NCBI GenBank assembly: GCA_041562555.1
Contig: JBFEXS010000064.1
Location: 1 to 13,145, forward strand
Direction of reading: 5' to 3'
Origin: Sulfurimonadaceae bacterium
GTDB lineage: Bacteria > Campylobacterota > Campylobacteria > Campylobacterales > Sulfurimonadaceae
DNA length: 13,145 nucleotides
Below the pieces are notes generated by a model. That model did no database searches. It was not told the DNA's origin and saw only the letters and a list, made by a program, of their open reading frames with translations. This document shows, in pieces, positions 7,429-13,145 of the stretch. Made by a program: the position numbers and the translations under genes. Position 1 is the first letter of the stretch. Every line of letters begins with the position of its first letter.

Positions 7429-9075
7429 GTGTTAAAAGTCCAGTCATCCCAATATATACTCCCAAAGGCGGAAGGTATCCAAGGCGATGATGCCTGCGAT
7501 TTTGCCATTTTAGAAAAATCACTGCTTGTCGCTGTCCTGTGCGACGGTGTCGGCTCTGCTAAGAAGGGAGGTGCTGCAGCCCGTCAAAGTGTCAAGTTCT
7601 TCATTGATCATTTTAAAACCCGGCCAAAAAACTGGGACATCACGCAAAGCCTCACACTCTTTACCCAGCATATCAACCGTCTGCTTTTCAAGGAGTCTAT
7701 GACCCAGTATGAACGTATTGAACTCTTGACGACACTCTGTGTTGCCGTCATCGAAGGAGAAACGCTCTATACGATGAACCTTGGTGATTCGCGTATCTAC
7801 CTCCTGGATAAAGATCAGAACCTTCGTCAACTGAGTGAAGATCATATCATGGATGAAGAGCACCTCTCCCACGTTTTGGTACAAGCCTGCGGACTAAGTG
7901 AACATGTTGAACCGGTCATCACTGCAACAAGTATCGCAAAAGGAGACACGCTTATCCTATGCAGTGATGGTCTGACATCTTTGATCAGTGATGAGGAGAT
8001 CAAAACCGAGATCCTCAAGGGACTCGGAGCAACGACCCTGGTACAAAGTGCCGCCAAAGACCATAAGGACAATGAACGTGATGATATCTCACTGCAGATC
8101 TTTCGTATAGAAGAACTCGATCAGCGACATGCCCTGATGAAACAGGATCTTCTTATCCCTCAAACCCTGAAGAAGGGAGATATCTATGATGAATATGAGC
8201 TTGTCTCATCCATAGTGGAACATGGACGTATCTGGAAGGTACAAAAAGAGGACAAAACCTATGTGATGAAGTTTCCTATGGTACAAGCCATTGATGACCC
8301 CATGGCACTCGAAGAGTTCGTCAAAGAAGCCTGGTATGCCAAACAGATCCACCATAAAGCCTTTGGAGAGGCCTGGGTACCTGAAAATCGTTCCGCACGT
8401 TATTATCTCATGGAACTTGTCGAAGGAATCAACCTTGCCGAATATGTTAAAAACCGCCCTATTACGATCGATTCAGCTATTGCCTTGGCCAAATTCTTGC
8501 ACAAGGCCGAAGCACATCTTTTACATTTTGGGCTGGTACACGGGGATATCAAGCCTGAGAATATCATTGTCTATAAGAAAGAGGGAGAAGTCGGTGTCGA
8601 TTTCAAGATGGTCGATTTTGGATCGGTCGTAGAGGTATTCGAAGTCAATTCCAGAGCAGGTACACCCTCTTTTCTCGCTCCGGAACGTTTCAATGGCAAT
8701 GCCATCAATGAATCGACCGAAATCTTCTCTATCGGAGTCACACTCTATTGGGCCTTGACCGGTAAATACCCCTATGGGGAGATCGAGCCCTTTCAGACCC
8801 CAAGCTTTAAGACGGCAAAACGACCCAGCCTGTATAATAAAAACATCCCTCATTGGTTTGAATCAATCATCATGCGATCCATAGAAATCGATGTAGAACA
8901 CCGCTATAGCCACTATTCTGAATTCTTTTATGAGCTGAAATCACCAGAGAAGGTCAAACCCTATTATGAGAAAGACTCCTCTTTCATCGAGCGCGAACCT
9001 CTGTTGTTTTATAAGGCCGGTTTTTTCATCATGCTGATCATCAATGTTGTCGGCTTTATCTACTACAATGCCTAA
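7429..9075 (+). CDS. Bifunctional PP2C protein phosphatase / Ser-Thr protein kinase with C-terminal membrane helix
   Basis: PP2C motifs GDDA, LCDGVG, NLGDSR, LSEDH, LCSDGL and DDIS. Kinase motifs VMK, E.F.KE, HGDIKPEN, DFG, GTPSFLAPE and EIFSIG. Hydrophobic C-terminus AGFFIMLIINVVGFIYY. GTG start after AAGGA. Confidence 0.9.
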   Translation: MLKVQSSQYILPKAEGIQGDDACDFAILEKSLLVAVLCDGVGSAKKGGAAARQSVKFFIDHFKTRPKNWDITQSLTLFTQHINRLLFKESMTQYERIELLTTLCVAVIEGETLYTMNLGDSRIYLLDKDQNLRQLSEDHIMDEEHLSHVLVQACGLSEHVEPVITATSIAKGDTLILCSDGLTSLISDEEIKTEILKGLGATTLVQSAAKDHKDNERDDISLQIFRIEELDQRHALMKQDLLIPQTLKKGDIYDEYELVSSIVEHGRIWKVQKEDKTYVMKFPMVQAIDDPMALEEFVKEAWYAKQIHHKAFGEAWVPENRSARYYLMELVEGINLAEYVKNRPITIDSAIALAKFLHKAEAHLLHFGLVHGDIKPENIIVYKKEGEVGVDFKMVDFGSVVEVFEVNSRAGTPSFLAPERFNGNAINESTEIFSIGVTLYWALTGKYPYGEIEPFQTPSFKTAKRPSLYNKNIPHWFESIIMRSIEIDVEHRYSHYSEFFYELKSPEKVKPYYEKDSSFIEREPLLFYKAGFFIMLIINVVGFIYYNA

Positions 9076-9119
9076 GGACGTCGGCGTACAGGCTCCATAA
9101 GGCAGATGACACGACATTA

Positions 9120-9128
9120 TGCTACAAT
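9120..9128 (+). promoter_or_regulatory. Putative extended -10 promoter for the hypothetical-protease-trxC unit
   Basis: TGcTACAAT in the 101-nt intergenic gap, about 48 nt before the ATG at 9177. Confidence 0.5.
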
Positions 9129-9176
9129 AATCAAACAGAACCTTCGGGTTATAAGTTCCTATCGCAAGGCGTATGT

Positions 9177-10490
9177 ATGTTTTCTTGGTTTACCTCTTTG
9201 TTCCATGTATCACCTCAGCCTACATATTCTTTTGGACGTTTCATCTCCTATAAAAAGACTCCTCAACAGCAAGACTCCTATCAAGCTTCTAAAAAAGCAT
9301 TCTCTCAGCAGCGTTATCTGGAGGGCTACGAATATTATTTTGAGTATCTTAAGTTTTATGAAGATGGTGAAGAGAGCGGGAACATCTCCTATGAGAAGAA
9401 GCATGACACCTTATATTTCAAGATCATTCAGGGCTCGGCTATTATCCAGGGGAACATCACACAAAGGCGTCTGAGTGCGACCGCCAATATCGCACATACC
9501 GTCAATGATAATATCGCCGTGATGCGACGGCTCCTGGAAAAGAACTATATGTATACCTATACCAGTTTTTACCTGGAGAAAGAGACCCTTAAAGCCAAGA
9601 TATTTTTCGACAATATTGCCCTCTCACCACAGAAAGTCTTTTTTCCCCTGCGCGAACTCACCATCAATGCAGATAAAGAAAAAGAGCTCTTATTGGACGA
9701 ATTCAACGACCTTGATCCCATCGAGTTGGATCATATCGAAGCCATGAACCCTCATCTAAAAGAGACTAAACTTCGTTTTTATCGCGAATGGATCGATAAG
9801 ACGGAACAGAAGGTCTCCCTTCTTCCCAGCCGGGAGCAATCCGGGGCGATCGCTTTTGTCTGGCTTACCCTGCTGCTTAAAATCGACTACTTCGTCACGC
9901 CCAGGGGGAAACTGGGATATGACATCTATGAAGCCATTCAGGAATACTATATTGATGACAACAAGCTGATCGAAGAGAAAAACGATGCCCTCCAAAAAGC
10001 AACGATTAAATTCAAAGAGATTGATTCCCAGCAGCTTGCTAAGAGTCTTTACAGTGTCAAGCAGACCTTTGATATCTTCAGTGCGAATAACCTGGATGAG
10101 ATACGTGCCTTTATCGAAGAGACTCTGGGAAAGATCATCTGGTACAAGGAACACCGATATGAAGAGATCATTCTGACGATTTATGAATATCTCGGACTCT
10201 ACATGCTCTATAACTTTGGAATGAATGACTGTCTTAAAGAGTTTGTTCAGCTTAATGTACGTCTTCACAATACCGATTTCCACTCTGCTCTGGGAATGGA
10301 CAGTCTCTATAAAGGAGATAAGATCAACAGTTCGAAAGTATCCAAAAAGATATCTCAGACTATTGCATTCTATGCCAAGACCTACCCGCATCTGCATGAT
10401 TTTTCGGCTCAACTCAATTATGAGTCCCTGGAGAAATTCCATCACTCCTATTTCAATGCCTTGAGAACCCTGAATTTTAGTGAGCTATAA
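9177..10490 (+). CDS. Uncharacterised 437-aa protein with a probable YbjN/CesT-like domain (aa ~81-176) and a helical C-terminal region
   Basis: Long ORF filling the gap between recognised genes. AAGG lies upstream and the stop abuts the next start. aa 81-176 align by eye with the C-terminal domain of the downstream protease. The fold name is inferred. Confidence 0.8.
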   Translation: MFSWFTSLFHVSPQPTYSFGRFISYKKTPQQQDSYQASKKAFSQQRYLEGYEYYFEYLKFYEDGEESGNISYEKKHDTLYFKIIQGSAIIQGNITQRRLSATANIAHTVNDNIAVMRRLLEKNYMYTYTSFYLEKETLKAKIFFDNIALSPQKVFFPLRELTINADKEKELLLDEFNDLDPIELDHIEAMNPHLKETKLRFYREWIDKTEQKVSLLPSREQSGAIAFVWLTLLLKIDYFVTPRGKLGYDIYEAIQEYYIDDNKLIEEKNDALQKATIKFKEIDSQQLAKSLYSVKQTFDIFSANNLDEIRAFIEETLGKIIWYKEHRYEEIILTIYEYLGLYMLYNFGMNDCLKEFVQLNVRLHNTDFHSALGMDSLYKGDKINSSKVSKKISQTIAFYAKTYPHLHDFSAQLNYESLEKFHHSYFNALRTLNFSEL

Positions 10491-10491
10491 C

Positions 10492-11583
10492 ATGAATACG
10501 CAAGAGATATTAGACACCTACCAAGAGAGTATCATCCAGATCGAGACACCTTTGGCTTCCGGTTCGGGATTTTACCTTCAAAAACACGAACTGATTATCA
10601 CCAACTCACATGTAGTTGCCGGGCTCAAAGAGGTCGTCATCTCTTCCAAAGACATCAAACGGCGTGAAGCAACCGTCATTTACGATGATCCCAAATATGA
10701 CCTTGCCTTTATACGGACAGAAGTCTCGTTAAAAGTCAAAAACCCTCTTCATCTTTCTCAAGAGAGTGTCCATGACGGAGACAGAGTCGTCGCTATCGGC
10801 CATCCCTATGGTCTTAATTATACCGCGACGGAAGGAATCGTCTCTAAGGCCGCACGCCTCCAAGGCGAATTGGAATATATTCAGATCGATGCTGCGATCA
10901 ACCCGGGGAACAGTGGAGGACCGTTACTCAACGTCAACGGCGAGGTAATAGGTGTCAACACCTTTATAATCCAAAACTCCAACAATTTGGGATTCGCTCT
11001 GCCTTTCTCCTACGTCCAAGAAGCCCTTGACGCCTTTAAAGCCTTGGATAAACACGGGGTCATACGCTGTTCGTCCTGTCTCAACCTTGTACAAGAAGTA
11101 GATATCAAAGATGACTACTGCCCGGAATGTGGAGTCAAGATCGATATCGCCAAAAAACGACGCGAAGGATATACCCCTGTCGGGACCATCAAGACAGTTG
11201 AGAATATTTTAAGGGATATGGGTAAGGATGTTGCTCTCTCCCGCAGAGGACAACGTATGTGGCAGATCGACATCGGGTCTGCCCGTGTCGAAATATCCTA
11301 TTATGACAACGGTATCATCGTGGCCGATGCTTCCTTATGCCGTCTTCCCCATGAGAACATCGAAAAAATCTATCATTTCATGTTGGAAGAAAACACCAAG
11401 ATGGATTATCTCCAGTTTGCCATAAACGACAACACGATATTACTCTCATATATCATCGTGGACAGCTCTTTGGAAGAAAAAAATGGGAGTATCGCCTTGG
11501 GAAGACTCTTCAACAAGGCAGATATCTATGATGACATCCTGATCAACACCTATGGTGCACTTGTCATCAAACGCGATGATTAA
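10492..11583 (+). CDS. Cytoplasmic trypsin-like (S1C/HtrA-type) serine protease with Zn ribbon and YbjN-like C-terminal domain, no PDZ
   Basis: Numbering follows the 367-aa track ORF: SGSGF, TNSH44VV, D74LA, IQIDAAINPGNS145GGPL, then C197xxC200...C214xxC217. No signal peptide. The ATG at 10492 (1 nt after the upstream stop) is preferred over the GTG at 10480. Confidence 0.9.
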   Translation: MNTQEILDTYQESIIQIETPLASGSGFYLQKHELIITNSHVVAGLKEVVISSKDIKRREATVIYDDPKYDLAFIRTEVSLKVKNPLHLSQESVHDGDRVVAIGHPYGLNYTATEGIVSKAARLQGELEYIQIDAAINPGNSGGPLLNVNGEVIGVNTFIIQNSNNLGFALPFSYVQEALDAFKALDKHGVIRCSSCLNLVQEVDIKDDYCPECGVKIDIAKKRREGYTPVGTIKTVENILRDMGKDVALSRRGQRMWQIDIGSARVEISYYDNGIIVADASLCRLPHENIEKIYHFMLEENTKMDYLQFAINDNTILLSYIIVDSSLEEKNGSIALGRLFNKADIYDDILINTYGALVIKRDD

Positions 11584-11604
11584 TTACATTAAAGGAGAAC
11601 TATT

Positions 11605-12039
11605 ATGAGTGAAACGATTCATATTGTCTGTCCCTACTGTAACGGGACAAATCGGGTTGCATCTGAAAACATCACAAAAGAAGTGAAATGCGGCCGATGC
11701 AAAGAAAATATTTTTGACACCAGACCCATCGAACTGACGACCGAGAATATCGCTCAGCATCTGGAAAAAAACGATATTCCTGTGATCATAGACTTTTGGG
11801 CTCCCTGGTGTGGACCGTGTAAGATAATGGGACCCAACTTTGAGCAGGCTGCTCAAGGATTTAGGACAAAAGTACGTTTTGCCAAAGTTAATACCGAAGC
11901 GCAGCAAAGCCTTGGAGGACATTTTAATATCCGTTCTATTCCCACACTTATACTGTTTAAAAAGGGCAAAGAGGTAGATCGGGTATCTGGGGCCTTAGAT
12001 GCTTCAGCACTCCACAACTGGATTAACAGCAAACTTTGA
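11605..12039 (+). CDS. trxC: Thioredoxin 2 (Zn-finger thioredoxin)
   Basis: N-terminal CPYC...CGRC zinc finger, DFWAPWCGPC active site and IRSIPTL cis-Pro motif. RBS AAGGAG. Confidence 0.93.
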   Translation: MSETIHIVCPYCNGTNRVASENITKEVKCGRCKENIFDTRPIELTTENIAQHLEKNDIPVIIDFWAPWCGPCKIMGPNFEQAAQGFRTKVRFAKVNTEAQQSLGGHFNIRSIPTLILFKKGKEVDRVSGALDASALHNWINSKL

Positions 12040-12128
12040 TTATAATATTTTCTAATTTCATGAGGTAACAGTTTAGGCAATTCTTTGACTTTCACTGACA
12101 AAGCATATCATACCACCATGTTTTATTG

Positions 12129-12134
12129 TAAAAT
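12129..12134 (+). promoter_or_regulatory. Possible -10 element for the downstream kinase gene
   Basis: TAAAAT 31 nt upstream of the ATG at 12166. The context is AT-rich, so this is weak evidence. Confidence 0.3.
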
Positions 12135-12165
12135 AATCTAACCTGTGTTGAAAGGGATTTGTTCT

Positions 12166-13145
12166 ATGCCATTAAGCAATTTTAAGATTCTGCTTACCCT
12201 TCATGAAAACAGCACGACGAAAGTCTACAGGGCGATCCGTAAATCGTATCACAAAAAGGTCATTATCAAAGAGCTTAAATATGCTGCCAGAACAGCACAT
12301 ATGATGAGCACCTTTATTAACGAGCAAAAAATACTCGATAAACTAAAACATAAAAACATAATCCACCTTATAGATGTGCTCTATACTCCGACTGAGTACC
12401 TTCACATCTTTGAAGACATCGAAGCAGATTCTCTCTTTGATCTTGTATCTATACACCCTTTTTCCCTTAAAGAGGCCCTGAAGATCTCCCTTGACCTGGC
12501 CAAAGTCCTTCAACTCCTTCATAATAACCAGATCCTTCATTCGGACATTAACCCAAAAAACATCATCTATAATCCGAATACTTCACAATTGCAATTGATC
12601 GACTTCGGAAATGCCTTACATTATGCGAATAAAACCCTTTTGGAAAAACCAAACGATACAACATCGGCAAACCTTTTTTATATCTCTCCGGAACAGACCG
12701 GTCTGACAACGTATACGATTGACGAGCGAAGTGACCTTTATAGCTTTGGGATGACTCTGTATCACCTCTTTTTGGGTCATTCTCCCTTTGAAGCGATTGA
12801 TCGATATGAGCTTTTTCATAAACAGATTGCTCTGCGTCCCAAGCCTTTACATGAACGCAGGTCTAATTTCCCCCCTGTCTTGTCATATATCATCTCAAAA
12901 CTGATTGAAAAGAACCCCTTTGATCGATATCAAAATGATGAAAGCCTAATCCACGATCTGCAATCGTGTTTGGCAGGACTAAGCCCACTGGATACAATCG
13001 AAGCATTTCCTATCGCCCGGTATGACCACCCCCCTATTGAGATCGGTGAACATCTGTATGGACGGGAAACTGAGCTCAAACAACTCAAAAAGATCTTATC
13101 AGAGGCACTTCTTTTGGATCCCGTTCGCCTGTTCATCTCCGGTGA
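12166..13145 (+). CDS. Ser/Thr kinase - AAA/STAND ATPase multidomain signalling protein (HstK-like 'trifunctional' family); 3'-partial
   Basis: Absent from the ORF track because it has no stop in the window. Manual translation from ATG 12166 (RBS AAGGGA) is open for 326 codons: MPLSNFKILLTLHENSTTKVYRA...VIIKEL...FINEQ...LHSDINPKNII...LIDFG...YISPEQTG...DERSDLYSFG...EKNPFDRYQ...HLYGRETELKQL...RLFISG. The last segment is the typical lead-in to a Walker A motif. Confidence 0.9.
   Translation, partial: MPLSNFKILLTLHENSTTKVYRAIRKSYHKKVIIKELKYAARTAHMMSTFINEQKILDKLKHKNIIHLIDVLYTPTEYLHIFEDIEADSLFDLVSIHPFSLKEALKISLDLAKVLQLLHNNQILHSDINPKNIIYNPNTSQLQLIDFGNALHYANKTLLEKPNDTTSANLFYISPEQTGLTTYTIDERSDLYSFGMTLYHLFLGHSPFEAIDRYELFHKQIALRPKPLHERRSNFPPVLSYIISKLIEKNPFDRYQNDESLIHDLQSCLAGLSPLDTIEAFPIARYDHPPIEIGEHLYGRETELKQLKKILSEALLLDPVRLFISG

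Noticed and set aside
7427..7435. Out-of-frame ATG-TGT-TAA mini-ORF overlapping the GTG start of the phosphatase-kinase
   Set aside because: The ATG is very close to the RBS, and such overlaps arise easily by chance. There is no evidence for a frameshift or regulation.
9756..10445. 229-aa antisense ORF, the 122-aa ORF at 9106-9474 and the other short alternative-frame ORFs in the track
   Set aside because: They overlap well-supported genes, have no recognisable motifs and look like shadow frames.
12343..13136. Three short minus-strand ORFs at the right end
   Set aside because: They are antisense to the continuous plus-strand kinase frame that starts at 12166.
1..13145. CRISPR arrays, tRNA/rRNA, IS elements, integrases
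   Set aside because: No regularly spaced repeats, RNA-gene signatures or transposase/integrase motifs were seen, and intergenic gaps are short.

Overview
Chromosomal window, probably from a Campylobacterota genome (inferred from an FqrB-like oxidoreductase and TAnAAT promoters without an obvious -35). The left half is a nitrate-utilisation locus. A divergent promoter region drives, leftwards, a fused 4x[4Fe-4S]/DmsC-type membrane-anchor protein and a Tat-less NarB/NasA-type Mo nitrate reductase and, rightwards, a NarK transporter. These are followed by a REC-REC-GGDEF diguanylate cyclase and a PP2C phosphatase-Ser/Thr kinase fusion. The right half is a probable operon of an uncharacterised 437-aa protein, a cytoplasmic trypsin-like protease (trypsin + Zn ribbon + YbjN/CesT-like tail) and thioredoxin 2. 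After it comes the 5' part of a large Ser/Thr kinase-ATPase protein that the ORF track missed. Main leads: (1) an apparently quinol-fed, cytoplasm-facing nitrate reductase with an inverted DmsC-like anchor; (2) a mirrored promoter pair sharing a TG(A/G)TT-N7-AATCA operator; (3) a paralogous ~98-aa domain shared by the 437-aa protein and the protease, suggesting an undescribed chaperone/protease/thioredoxin module. No RNA genes, CRISPR arrays or mobile elements were seen. All family calls come from motif recognition by eye, not database searches.
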